From an uncultured Pseudomonadota bacterium (GTDB lineage: Bacteria > Pseudomonadota > Alphaproteobacteria > Rs-D84 > CACZYB01): a stretch of 64,000 nucleotides of DNA. Every line of letters begins with the position of its first letter. Position 1 is the stretch's first letter. The position numbers and the translations under genes are program-made. A model generated the notes under the pieces. The model saw only the letters and a list, made by a program, of their open reading frames with translations. It did not search any database and was not told where the DNA came from. This document shows, one piece after another, positions 1 to 9,915 of this stretch. The stretch is from NCBI GenBank assembly GCA_902785275.1, contig CACZYB010000002.1, forward strand, positions 32,001-96,000. Reading direction: 5' to 3'.

Positions 1-2
1 AT

Positions 3-308
3 GATATTTTATTTGCAATGATTGGCACAATAGGTAATCCAGTAATAGTTAACGTTGAACCTAATTTTTGTATAAAGAATATGGCCTTAATTAAGTATAA
101 TAAATTTATGGATACTAATTATATACTATATTTGTTAATCAAAGCACAAGATGATATGAAAAAAGAGGCACAAGGAGCTGTGCAATCTTTTGTCTCTCTT
201 TCATTTATTCGAAATTTTCCGATACCACTTCCTCCACTAGCTGAACAACATCGTATCGTCGCTAAAATTGAAGAATTAATGCAATATTGTGACAAATTGA
301 AAATATAA
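3..308 (+). CDS. hsdS: Type I restriction-modification specificity subunit, C-terminal part (5' truncated by the window edge)
   Basis: The frame is open from base 3: DILFAMIGTIG ... IPLPPLAEQHRIVAKIEEL, the hallmark HsdS TRD plus conserved helix. Confidence 0.92.
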   Translation, partial: DILFAMIGTIGNPVIVNVEPNFCIKNMALIKYNKFMDTNYILYLLIKAQDDMKKEAQGAVQSFVSLSFIRNFPIPLPPLAEQHRIVAKIEELMQYCDKLKI

Positions 309-636
309 TATAGGTGATTCGCTTATTTTTTCTTTTGTAAGTCGTTGAAAATAGGAAAAAATTCTGCTGATAAGGTATACTATATTTTTTTTCGATAAGA
401 TTTGAGCGACTCCCCTGAAAATCTTGGATATAAGGAAATGATACTTATTCCAAAAGCTGTAATAAATGGAAAAAATCACAAAATTGCTTAAAAAAATAGT
501 TTCTTAAAATGGCTGATTTCTCAGATTTATCTATATATCATCAAAGTATTATATCACAAAAAAATATTAAATTATAGATTTTTCTATACTTTTCCTTAGT
601 CAAGCATTTTATTTTCAAAAAAACACAAAATATAGT

Positions 637-665
637 TTGCATTCATTTCAAAAACACTATATATT
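637..665 (+). promoter_or_regulatory. Sigma70-like promoter for the 843-4937 operon
   Basis: TTGCAT (637-642), 17 nt, TATATT (660-665). Confidence 0.5.
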
Positions 666-673
666 GAATCATA

Positions 674-747
674 GAAAAAGGCTCGAAAGCGGGAACTTTC
701 AAGCCTTCAAATATGGAAAAGAATTTATCATCTTTTCACTTAGTATG
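674..747 (-). ncRNA. Candidate ~74-nt antisense RNA in the operon leader
   Basis: Minus-strand TTGACA (782-777), 17 nt, TATCAT (759-754). It ends in the hairpin AAGGCTTGAAAG-TTCCCG-CTTTCGAGCCTT followed by a T-tract. Confidence 0.5.
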
Positions 748-842
748 TATAGAATGATAACTTCTTTTCTTTGGCATGTCAAGTGCAACTTGTAATATTA
801 ATCTTCTAGTGTAAAAGCTAGATAAACGAAAAGGAGTTTGTA

Positions 843-1073
843 ATGATACAACAGTATTTAAATCGAAACGGAAATTCTTCAGTTAAATCTTATGAAATAG
901 GTCCAGATTTTATAAAAATTTGGTTTAATAATATGTCTTGGTATTTATACAATTATGTGAGACCAGGAAAATTTCATGTGGAGCAAATGAAAGAACTTGC
1001 TAACCAAGGATATGGATTATGTTCATACATAGGAAGAATTGTGAAGAAAAATTATTTTAGGAAAGGAGTTTAG
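843..1073 (+). CDS. Conserved small hypothetical protein (KTSC-like fold suspected)
   Basis: AAGGAG RBS. The pattern Y.N..G.S.V..YEIG.D.I...F....Y.Y....G..HVEQMK.LA..G.GL.SYI resembles a widespread ~70-aa family. Confidence 0.7.
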   Translation: MIQQYLNRNGNSSVKSYEIGPDFIKIWFNNMSWYLYNYVRPGKFHVEQMKELANQGYGLCSYIGRIVKKNYFRKGV

Positions 1074-1075
1074 AA

Positions 1076-2338
1076 ATGTCGGAAATAAGATGTCCTAATT
1101 GCGCTAAAGTGTTTACTATTGATGAAAGTGAATATCAAAAAATAGCAAGTCAAATCAGAAATGAAGAATTTGAAAAATCTTTACATGATAGACTTTGTGA
1201 AGCTGATAAGGCTAAACAGCAAGAAATTAATTTAATTAAGGTTCAGACTGAACAAAAGATTGCTCAATTAGAAGCAGAACTTAAAAATCAAAGGGAAAAT
1301 TCTCAAAAAGATTTGGAACTTCAAAAAACTAAGTTAGAGCAATCCAATTCAACAGATGTAAACAATCTAAAAAAACAAGTTGAAGCATTAAAATCTCAGC
1401 TTGAAGGTAAAGAGAAAGATACAATTATTGCTGTAAGTAATGCTGTTAAGAGTAAAGATGAAGAAATAAGTAATCTTAAACTAACAATTACACAAAATGA
1501 AAAATCTTTTTCTGATAAAGAAAACAGTTTAAAGGACAGCTATGAATTTAAATTGAAAGAGAAAGATGCTCAGATAGAGTTTTATAAAGATTTGAAAGCA
1601 AAAATGTCTACTAAAATGGTTGGAGAAACTCTTGAACAACATTGTGATATTGAATTTAACAAAATAAGAGCAACAGCTTTCCCTAATGCTTACTTTGAAA
1701 AAGATAATGATGCAAGAACAGGTAGTAAAGGCGATTTTATTTTCAAAGATTACATTGATGGTTTGGAGTATATTTCCATAATGTTTGAAATGAAAAATGA
1801 AATGGATACAACAGCTTCAAAACATAGAAATGAAGACTTTTTCAAGGAATTGGATAAGGATAGACAAGAAAAAGGATGCGAATATGCCGTTCTTGTTTCT
1901 TTACTTGAAAGTGATAGTGAATTGTATAATCAAGGGATTGTTGATGTTTCCCATAAGTATCCAAAGATGTATGTTATCCGCCCACAATTCTTTATTCCAA
2001 TGATTACGTTGTTAAGAAATGCTGCATTAAATTCTGTAGAATACAAAAAACAAATAGTTGAGTATAAAAACCAAAATTTAGATATTACTCATTTCGAAGA
2101 AAACATGAATGCCTTTAAGGATGCATTTTCAAGAAACTATGAACTTGCACAACGTCAATTTGGAACAGCTATTGAGGAAATAGATAAATCCATAGATCAT
2201 TTGCAAAAGATTAAAGATAACTTGTTAAAATCAGGAAATAATCTTCGTTTAGCAAATGATAAAGCTCAAGATTTATCTGTTAAGAAATTAACAAAAGATA
2301 ATCCAACAATGGCAAAGAAATTTGAAGAATTGAAATAG
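1076..2338 (+). CDS. DUF2130 domain protein (N-terminal CxxC, coiled coil, C-terminal PD-(D/E)xK-like region)
   Basis: MSEIRCPNC; [13 protein letters not shown]; GSKGDFIF; IMFEMKNE; [12 protein letters not shown]. Confidence 0.88.
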   Translation: MSEIRCPNCAKVFTIDESEYQKIASQIRNEEFEKSLHDRLCEADKAKQQEINLIKVQTEQKIAQLEAELKNQRENSQKDLELQKTKLEQSNSTDVNNLKKQVEALKSQLEGKEKDTIIAVSNAVKSKDEEISNLKLTITQNEKSFSDKENSLKDSYEFKLKEKDAQIEFYKDLKAKMSTKMVGETLEQHCDIEFNKIRATAFPNAYFEKDNDARTGSKGDFIFKDYIDGLEYISIMFEMKNEMDTTASKHRNEDFFKELDKDRQEKGCEYAVLVSLLESDSELYNQGIVDVSHKYPKMYVIRPQFFIPMITLLRNAALNSVEYKKQIVEYKNQNLDITHFEENMNAFKDAFSRNYELAQRQFGTAIEEIDKSIDHLQKIKDNLLKSGNNLRLANDKAQDLSVKKLTKDNPTMAKKFEELK

Positions 2339-2347
2339 GAGAATGAA

Positions 2348-2760
2348 TTGTCTGAGAATTTAATTATTGCTTTTATTGGTGCAGGAGGGGTTATTTTAGG
2401 ATCGATTATTACATTACTTGGTGGAATGTGGCAATCATATTTACAAGCTAAAAGAGAGTATAATATGCATTTAAGAGTAAAAAGAGAAGATGTTTACAAA
2501 AAAGCATGTGATTCTTTGATGATACAGGATAAATGTATAAGAAAAAATTTAAATTCAACAAAATGGTACAAAGTTTTCAATGAGTTACAAGCAGATATTA
2601 TGTTATATGCATCAAAAAGTATCCGTAAAGAATACTATATATACAAAAGTTACATACTTATGCTTCTCAAAAAAATAAGAATTTAATACAGATTAGAATT
2701 GCAGATAAAATAATGTCTTTAAATGATAAAATGAGAAAAGAATTAAATATAAAAGATTGA
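2348..2760 (+). pseudogene. Single-TM hypothetical protein, frameshifted at (TA)4 2636-2643
   Basis: The called ORF stops at 2686. Removing one TA unit joins it to an open frame 2641-2760 (IQKLHTYASQ...MRKELNIKD*) whose stop overlaps the next gene's RBS. Confidence 0.6.
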
Positions 2761-2768
2761 GGCTGATT

Positions 2769-4937
2769 GTGAAAAAATTAAAAATAAAATTAGAAAATTG
2801 TCATGGAATAAAGAAACTTGAAGATGAATTAGATTTTTCAGAAAGTAATGCAATTGCAATATATGCACAAAATGGTACAATGAAAACTTCTTTTGCAAAA
2901 ACATTTCAAGATGTTATGTTTAGTAATGATACAAAAGATGATATTTATCCAGAAAAAGCTTCTGCTAGGAGTATAAAAGATGAAACTGATACAGAATTAT
3001 CTCCTGACAGAATTTTTGTAATTGAATCTTATAATAAGGATTTTAAATCGGAAAAAATTTCGACTTTACTTGTCGATGAAAATTTAAAAAGGCAATATGA
3101 AGAAATTTATGAAAATATAAATAATAAAAAGAATGATTTATTAAAAGAAATAGCAAAACTATCTGGAATAAAATCAAAAGATGTAGAAAAACTTATAAAC
3201 AAAGATTTTAATGATAATTTTTTTGAAATTATAGTTGAAATGAAAGATAATATAAAGAATTATTCTTCAAATGGAAAAAATTTTGAAAATATTATTTATA
3301 GTAAATTATTTAATGAAAAAACCACTGATTTATTATTAGATAGTAAATTACTAAAAAAAATATCAAAATATATAGATACATATAACGAATTGTTAGAAGA
3401 ATCTAATTTTTTCAAAAAAGGAGTCTTTTCTCATAATAATGCATCAGAAGTAGCAAAAAGATTAAATGATAATGGATGGTTTAAAGCTAATCATTCTGTA
3501 AATATTTGTATTGATGGTAAAGATAAAAAATTAACAAATATGGAGGAACTCGAAAATACAATAAATGAAGAAAAGAATAAAATTTTAACTAATCCAAATT
3601 TAATAAAAGATTTTGAAGAAATTGATAAAATATTAAAGAAAAACAGTTCATTAGTAGAATTTAGAGAACATATAATAGCAAACAAGGAAATTATTGTTCC
3701 TGAACTAGTTGATTGTGATAAATTTAAAAAAGAACTTTGGATTTATTACTTTGCTCAGAATAGTGTAAAATATTTCGAATTGATTGAATTATTTACTCAA
3801 AGTAAAAATCAAATTATTGAAATAAAGAAAAAAGCAGAAGAACAACAAACTCAGTGGCAAGAGGTAGTTGATGAATTTAATGATAGGTATTATGTTCCAT
3901 TTGAAGTAGAGATAACAAATAAGTCAGATGCTATATTATCAATGGATGTTCCTAGTATTAAATTTAAGTTTAAAGATAACTTAAATTCTAGAAATGTAGA
4001 TGAAGATTTACTATTTAAAGTTTTAAGTCAAGGAGAAAAACGCGCTTTATATATTTTAAATATACTTTTTGAGGTTGAAGCTAGAAAAAAAAGTAATCAA
4101 GAAACTTTATTCATTATAGATGATATAGCAGATTCTTTTGATTATAAAAATAAATATGCGATTATTGAGTATCTTAAAGATATGACAAAAGTAGATTATT
4201 TCTATTTAATTATTCTATCGCATAATTTCGATTTTTATAGAAATGTTTCTTCAAGATTATCTATTCCTAAACATTCAAAAAATAAACATTTAATTCATGC
4301 AATAAAAAGTACAGATAATATATCTTTGAAAGAAGAAAAATATCAAAATAATCCATTTAAATTTTGGAAAAAATTTACTACTCCATATCATGAAATAGCT
4401 TGTATTCCATTTGTTAGAAATTTAGCTGAATTTATAGGTGATGATGAACTTTCTCTAAGTTTAACAAGTTTATTGCATCAAAAACCAGAAACAAAAAATA
4501 TAAGGATGTCAAATCTTCTTGATTTATATAAAAAGATTCTTAAAGACATTAGTGGCGGTAGTTTTTCTCCAAGAATATTGGTTGAAAAGCAAATTTATCA
4601 ATTAGCAGATAGTATTTGTCGTAATAATATAAAAATAGAATTAGAACATAAAGTTGTATTATCAATGGCGATTAGATTAAAAGCTGAAAAATTCATGATT
4701 AAAGAAATAAATGATGATGAATTTGTAAAAAGCATAAAGAAAGATCAAACTTACAAATTATTTAAAAAATACAAAGATAAATTTTCATCAGAAAAGGCAA
4801 CTTGGAAAATTTTAGATAAAGTTAATTTAATGACACCAGAAAATATACATATAAATTCGTTTATGTATGAACCAATATTAGATATGTCAATTGAACATTT
4901 AAAAGATTTATATAAATCTGTATCTGATTTAATTTAA
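2769..4937 (+). CDS. ABC/SMC-type ATPase with coiled-coil insert, RloC/AAA_13-like; probable anti-phage protein
   Basis: Walker A YAQNGTMKT, signature LSQGE, Walker B IIDDI, H-loop LSHN. GTG start preceded by GAGG. Confidence 0.75.
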   Translation: MKKLKIKLENCHGIKKLEDELDFSESNAIAIYAQNGTMKTSFAKTFQDVMFSNDTKDDIYPEKASARSIKDETDTELSPDRIFVIESYNKDFKSEKISTLLVDENLKRQYEEIYENINNKKNDLLKEIAKLSGIKSKDVEKLINKDFNDNFFEIIVEMKDNIKNYSSNGKNFENIIYSKLFNEKTTDLLLDSKLLKKISKYIDTYNELLEESNFFKKGVFSHNNASEVAKRLNDNGWFKANHSVNICIDGKDKKLTNMEELENTINEEKNKILTNPNLIKDFEEIDKILKKNSSLVEFREHIIANKEIIVPELVDCDKFKKELWIYYFAQNSVKYFELIELFTQSKNQIIEIKKKAEEQQTQWQEVVDEFNDRYYVPFEVEITNKSDAILSMDVPSIKFKFKDNLNSRNVDEDLLFKVLSQGEKRALYILNILFEVEARKKSNQETLFIIDDIADSFDYKNKYAIIEYLKDMTKVDYFYLIILSHNFDFYRNVSSRLSIPKHSKNKHLIHAIKSTDNISLKEEKYQNNPFKFWKKFTTPYHEIACIPFVRNLAEFIGDDELSLSLTSLLHQKPETKNIRMSNLLDLYKKILKDISGGSFSPRILVEKQIYQLADSICRNNIKIELEHKVVLSMAIRLKAEKFMIKEINDDEFVKSIKKDQTYKLFKKYKDKFSSEKATWKILDKVNLMTPENIHINSFMYEPILDMSIEHLKDLYKSVSDLI

Positions 4938-5185
4938 CTTTCCCGTTGGGTTATTAAGTTACCATTCCTGGATAGAAAACGTTTACTTGAAATATTTGTT
5001 AATACTTAGAGATAACAAATAATTGAAATCTCCAAAAATTAAGCAAAATTGAATGTTTTTATGTAAAAAGTTGCAAAAATGGCTGTTTTTAGCCAATTTT
5101 GTTGTATTTTTATGCGTTTTTTTGTGTGCTTTTGAGGGAAAACCTGGGATAATAGCTATGTAAAACAAAAATGAAAGGTATAAAA

Positions 5186-5440
5186 ATGTTAAAGAAATTT
5201 GAAAATTGGTTGCTACAAAATAATTATAAACCCAACACTGCAAAGGATTACAAATACAGAATACAACGCATTTGTAAGAAGGAAAATATTAGTTTGGATA
5301 TGCTTGTAGAAAATATAAATAATTTGTTGCCAGAATATGAAATAACTGGAACTAAATCTGAATATGGAAGAATGAGCCATGAAAGTGTTAAACAAGCATT
5401 GCGTAGATTTAATAAATTTTTAATGCAGGAAGTTAGATAA
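5186..5440 (+). CDS. Small protein resembling a stand-alone tyrosine-integrase N-terminal (SAM-like/core-binding) domain
   Basis: FENWL...YKPNTAKDY...I and ALRRFNKFL patterns. Its stop overlaps the next start (TAATG). Confidence 0.5.
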   Translation: MLKKFENWLLQNNYKPNTAKDYKYRIQRICKKENISLDMLVENINNLLPEYEITGTKSEYGRMSHESVKQALRRFNKFLMQEVR

Positions 5441-5754
5441 TGGATATTAGGATATTAAACGACAAGTTTAGAAAAACGCTTTTGGGTGGTAAAGTAATGC
5501 TAACTAGAGGTATTTATAGTAAGGGACAAGCTTATATAAATGAGATATTGGATAGTGTTAAAACTTTCAATAATTTTAATGAAAATAACGACCCATATAA
5601 TGAGCATGACTACGGAAGCTTTGTATATAATGGTCAGAAAATTATGTGGAAGATTGATTATTATGATAAGAATTTACAATACTATTCCGAAAACCCTGCT
5701 GATATAACAAAGACCATTAGAGTAATGACTGTTATGTTAGCAGAAGAATACTAA
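5440..5754 (+). CDS. DUF3768 domain protein
   Basis: ILNDKFR, FNENNDPYNEHDYG, WKIDYYD, TIRVMTVMLAEEY are typical DUF3768 motifs. Confidence 0.88.
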   Translation: MDIRILNDKFRKTLLGGKVMLTRGIYSKGQAYINEILDSVKTFNNFNENNDPYNEHDYGSFVYNGQKIMWKIDYYDKNLQYYSENPADITKTIRVMTVMLAEEY

Positions 5755-5818
5755 ATATTGAAATTTTAGGATTTGTTTACTATATATATTTTATAAGTTA
5801 ACAAGGAAGGAGTTTGTA

Positions 5819-6568
5819 ATGCACGAACAATTAAAGGAAGAAATTAAAAAATTACAAAACGAATGGCTTCAATTAATAAAAGATTATATTGGTCAGTTTA
5901 ATGATGATGGTACGATGAGAAAGATTATTAATTGCAATATAATTATAAAATATAATTCATTATATACTTCATCTCAAAAAATATTAAGACAAATTCTTCC
6001 TGAAAGATTAAATGATTTTGAAATTTTATATAAAAATAAAAATAGAAAAGATGTTATTCTCTATTCAAATTTCGATATATTTCTGGGGTTGCAATGTGAA
6101 TTTAGTCATCTAGATGCAAATCGTTGTATTATTAAAACACAAAACTTAATGGTTGAACAATATGCTATATTATCCAGTGTTTTAGATATTATTGATAATA
6201 AAATTTTTAATATTAAAGGAGAAATTGAATATAATACATTTATGAATGAATTAGAGGCAGCGTCTCACTTATTAAAGAATAATTTTGTACGTGCTGCTGG
6301 AGCATTAGCTGGTGTTTCATTAGAAAATCATTTAAAAATAGTTTGTCAAAATCATCCTGAGATTACTGTTAATCAAAAAGATACTTTGTCAGTATATAAT
6401 GAAAAATTAAAAAAGGCTGAAATTATAGAAGAAAGTATATGGAGAAAGATTCAATATTTATCAGATATAAGAAATAAATGTGACCATTCAAAAAAAACAG
6501 AACCTCAAAAAGATGAAGTTCAAGAACTTATTGATGGAACAAAAAAAATTATTTCTACAGTTAATTAA
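5819..6568 (+). CDS. HEPN (DUF4145-like) domain protein, putative RNase toxin / defence effector
   Basis: RAAGALAGVSLENHL and the Rx4H motif IRNKCDH. Confidence 0.8.
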   Translation: MHEQLKEEIKKLQNEWLQLIKDYIGQFNDDGTMRKIINCNIIIKYNSLYTSSQKILRQILPERLNDFEILYKNKNRKDVILYSNFDIFLGLQCEFSHLDANRCIIKTQNLMVEQYAILSSVLDIIDNKIFNIKGEIEYNTFMNELEAASHLLKNNFVRAAGALAGVSLENHLKIVCQNHPEITVNQKDTLSVYNEKLKKAEIIEESIWRKIQYLSDIRNKCDHSKKTEPQKDEVQELIDGTKKIISTVN

Positions 6569-6591
6569 ATACTTCTCAAACTCACATAAAC

Positions 6592-6622
6592 AAGCCAGAA
6601 TTGAGTAGTTTCAGTTCTGGCT
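6592..6622. terminator. Hairpin between the convergent HEPN and helicase genes
   Basis: AAGCCAGAATTGA ... TCAGTTCTGGCTT inverted repeat. Confidence 0.6.
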
Positions 6623-6644
6623 TATAAGTTATTAAAAGATATTA

Positions 6645-8735
6645 TTAAAATGGAAAAGGGTTAAATATATTATCTAAAGCTTCTATTTTATCTTTTGAAA
6701 TTGTAGGCGATTTATTGCATACAATTTGATCATATCTTTTTTCTAACATATTTTTTAGAGTTTTTGTAAACCCAAATTTTGTGTAAAATATAGTCTTAAT
6801 ATTATCTAAATATAATTTTCTACATGAATTTTCAAAATAAGTGTCTTCTTTTATGAGTTTTTTAATATCAACATTATCAACTCCATTTTTATCAAATATT
6901 AACTTATCAATATATGTCATCAAATCAAAATAAACTTTTACTGAATTTCCATATAATTCTATTTCAGATGAGGAAATAACTTTTTTTTCATTACTATTCA
7001 AAATAATTTCTTTGGTATTTACTTCTTCTGAGATTGATGAAGATATATTACTATTTTCTTTTTTTGATGCATCTTTATTAAAGAAATTATCATATTTTTC
7101 CTTCAAATAAGTTTCATCTTCAATAGAAAATGTAGATATTTTATTTTTGAAAATACTTAGCATTATATCAAAAGGCACAATATCAAATACTTGCGTGTTT
7201 TCTAAAGATTTATCTACGATATATTTAATTGTAAAGTCTTTACATAAATATTCTTTATATTTCACTATATTATTTGCAGTATATTCATATAGTTTAAATG
7301 CATTTTGAAGGTTATCGATCTTACCAGCAATTTTTAGATTAATCAAATTTTCGTTTATTTTATTTATTATAATCTGTTTTTCATCTAAAACTTCATTTTC
7401 TGTTTCACCAGAATATTCTTGATAATATTCCTCAAATAAACTATACAAATCAATTTTTAATATTTTTTCGATATCTTCATCTTTTGTATTTATTTTGGAA
7501 AATTCAGTAGATATTTTTAAATAATTTTCTAAATCGATTAAATAAAATTTAGTTGAGCATCTAGAATATGAATAATCTTCGATTAATCCTTGTTTTTCCC
7601 AGTCGTTAAGTACTTCTCTAATTGCTTCTTTTCTTTCTGTTGGAATTATTTGCTTATTGAAACTACTTTTTATGCAATCATAAATATTAGATGCAGAAAA
7701 TGTCTTTTTCTCTTTCCATTCATCTGAAGTTATACCAAAACCAGGTGATACATAAAAAATTCTACTTAAATATGTTAAAATACCTTCAATAGCAAGAGGA
7801 TTTGTCCTACTTTCATTTATTATAGAAACCTTTTTATAGATATCATAATAATGTTCAAAAGATGGTAATGCATTCATAATATTTGAAATAATATCTTTTA
7901 GACTATTTTCTCCCAAAGGTCTGCCATTAAGTCTTTTACCAAATTTTACAACGGAAACTCTTCTTTGTTTAAGATTGATTTGGTCATTCGATGTAAAGAT
8001 ATTATTTGTATTTACGTGATATATATAATGTTTCTTATTTTTAGGGTTTATTTCAACATCACCACCATTTATTATTGTTAAAAGTAGTTCTCTATCAATA
8101 TCTGTCGGTTTTACTTCATCAAAGTAGTTTAGATGACTTTTCCAAACTTCTTCTTCATGAGTAGATTCTAAAACTTTTCCAGTTGTTGCTCTATAAACAT
8201 TTCCATAATTACTTTCTAGATCAACAATAGCTTTTGCAGTTGCAGATTTACCGTTTCGTGCAACACCATTAAAGAAAACGCAAGTTTTATCATTTTCAGA
8301 CATTTCATGATTTCTTGTATATTTGAGTTGCATTAGAAAACAAACTAAAGCAAGATAGCTATTTCCATCAACAATATTTAATTTAAAAAGGTTTTCAATT
8401 AATGCTAATAAATTTGGAACAGAATTAGCTTCACTTGTTTTGATATTATCATTTATTTTATTTTCATTTAATTCTTTTTTGAAAATTTGAGCTTTTTCAT
8501 TTATTCTGTATATAGTCTTTTCTTGACATTCAAGATTTCTTGCAACTTTTCCAGTTATATCAATTTTTTCTTTTAACCCTGTATTGTCATTATATTCTTC
8601 AATCCAAATAGGATTATCTTTAAATGCATTCATAAGAGTGTTATAAGCATTTCCGAAAGATAGTTCAATATTATTGTTTGCACAATAAATTGCAAGAGTT
8701 TGTTCAATTTCGTGGGTTATTATTATTTTAGACAT
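6645..8735 (-). CDS. Superfamily 3 (D5-like) helicase / replication protein with a winged-helix-like region and a long C-terminal extension
   Basis: Walker A GVARNGKS, Walker B YFDE, motif C IFTSN, then QRR (Arg finger). The likely start is MSKIII at 8735 after AAAGGA. Confidence 0.7.
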   Translation of the reverse strand: MSKIIITHEIEQTLAIYCANNNIELSFGNAYNTLMNAFKDNPIWIEEYNDNTGLKEKIDITGKVARNLECQEKTIYRINEKAQIFKKELNENKINDNIKTSEANSVPNLLALIENLFKLNIVDGNSYLALVCFLMQLKYTRNHEMSENDKTCVFFNGVARNGKSATAKAIVDLESNYGNVYRATTGKVLESTHEEEVWKSHLNYFDEVKPTDIDRELLLTIINGGDVEINPKNKKHYIYHVNTNNIFTSNDQINLKQRRVSVVKFGKRLNGRPLGENSLKDIISNIMNALPSFEHYYDIYKKVSIINESRTNPLAIEGILTYLSRIFYVSPGFGITSDEWKEKKTFSASNIYDCIKSSFNKQIIPTERKEAIREVLNDWEKQGLIEDYSYSRCSTKFYLIDLENYLKISTEFSKINTKDEDIEKILKIDLYSLFEEYYQEYSGETENEVLDEKQIIINKINENLINLKIAGKIDNLQNAFKLYEYTANNIVKYKEYLCKDFTIKYIVDKSLENTQVFDIVPFDIMLSIFKNKISTFSIEDETYLKEKYDNFFNKDASKKENSNISSSISEEVNTKEIILNSNEKKVISSSEIELYGNSVKVYFDLMTYIDKLIFDKNGVDNVDIKKLIKEDTYFENSCRKLYLDNIKTIFYTKFGFTKTLKNMLEKRYDQIVCNKSPTISKDKIEALDNIFNPFPF

Positions 8736-8767
8736 ACTAAGTCGTCCTTTCTTGTTTGTATAAGGTA

Positions 8768-8818
8768 AGTCCCTGAAAATCTCAGATGCCATTTAGAAAA
8801 AGCAAATTTTCAGGGACC
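8768..8818. promoter_or_regulatory. Inverted repeat in the helicase 5' leader
   Basis: GTCCCTGAAAAT ... ATTTTCAGGGAC, perfect 12-bp arms. Confidence 0.55.
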
Positions 8819-9113
8819 TATGTTGAACTTTGAATTTTGACTTAGGTGTGTTGTGCTTTCTAAATAATTTCTGACTTGAATATGTTTCTTACCTTTTTCA
8901 ACATAGAAAACATATTCACTTAGGATTTACCTAGATTAATATTTGAGGGTTTTTATTCCCCCGTTACTTATTAGAACTATTATTTTTTGATTATTTTTTA
9001 GATTTTTGATTTTTTATTTAAAAAAAAATTTATATTAGGGTATTTTGAGAGTTTTATACACTAATATACTTTAATAATTAAAATATTTTAATTTATATAA
9101 TAATTATTTTTTA

Positions 9114-9239
9114 ATTTTATAAATATATTTTTTATAATGTATTTTAATAAATTTTATAAATAAATATATTTTATTTTTTATTTTATAAATATATTTTTTA
9201 TAGATAATTTTAATAAATTTTATAAATAAATATATTTTA
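9114..9239. repeat. Two ~60-bp direct repeats (66-bp period) in an almost pure-AT tract; putative replication origin
   Basis: ATTTTATAAATATATTTTTTATA....ATTTTAATAAATTTTATAAATAAATATATTTTA at 9114 and 9180. Confidence 0.7.
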
Positions 9240-9704
9240 CATTTGCATTATATAATAAAAATTAAATAAAGTAAAACAATAAATTAATTAAATTTATAGA
9301 ATTTGCCCTTTTAATAATTATTTATACATATAGTAGAACTAGTAAATTTTTAACTTTTGATACGTGTAAGAATTTTTAAAATGCATTTTTGTTTTTACTA
9401 TGGTGTAAACCCACATTTTTTTTGGTGCAACTTTATATATATGATTTATTTTTTTTTATTAATATTAGAAAATAAAAAATAATGTTTATATAGTATATAC
9501 AATGACTTACGAGATTTTTGAGTTGGGGTTTTTAATGAAATTTAAATAAAATAGATAGAAAAATGTATAAAAAACCCCTTAGAAATGAAGGTTTTAAAAA
9601 ATATAAAATAATGTTGATATTTATGTAGTGATTTTTGGAACTTTTTGAAAATATACCCCCTATAAAGCGCATTTTTTGATAGCCTCGCTTTTTATGAAAT
9701 TTTT

Positions 9705-9790
9705 ATGGAGGGGAGAGCAGCCCAGCCCCCTACACCCTAGGGACCAGACCCCAGGCTCCTACACCCAGGGTCTCCCCAGGGCTCCCCCAT
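9705..9790. other. GC-rich multi-hairpin DNA/RNA element
   Basis: Nested inverted repeats with two copies of CCTACACCC, in an AT-rich context. Confidence 0.6.
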
Positions 9791-9915
9791 TAATAATTGT
9801 ATTTTATATAGATTTAAAAAAATATAACTTGCTGATTTTACAGAAAATAATTTTTTATGTTATTTTAATGTAAAACATGGTATAATTTAATAGATTAATT
9901 AAAAATGGATGAATT

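Noticed and set aside
412-424. CCCTGAAAATCT shared between ~413 and ~8771 as a possible regulator site
   Set aside because: A single 12-mer match within an AT-rich 11-kb region is plausible by chance, and the flanks do not align.
9114-9239. Possible CRISPR array
   Set aside because: Only two near-adjacent AT-only units, no unique spacers, and no cas genes.
9676-9873. 65-aa ORF across the GC-rich island
   Set aside because: TTG start without an RBS. The Pro-rich translation is a by-product of the C-rich hairpins.
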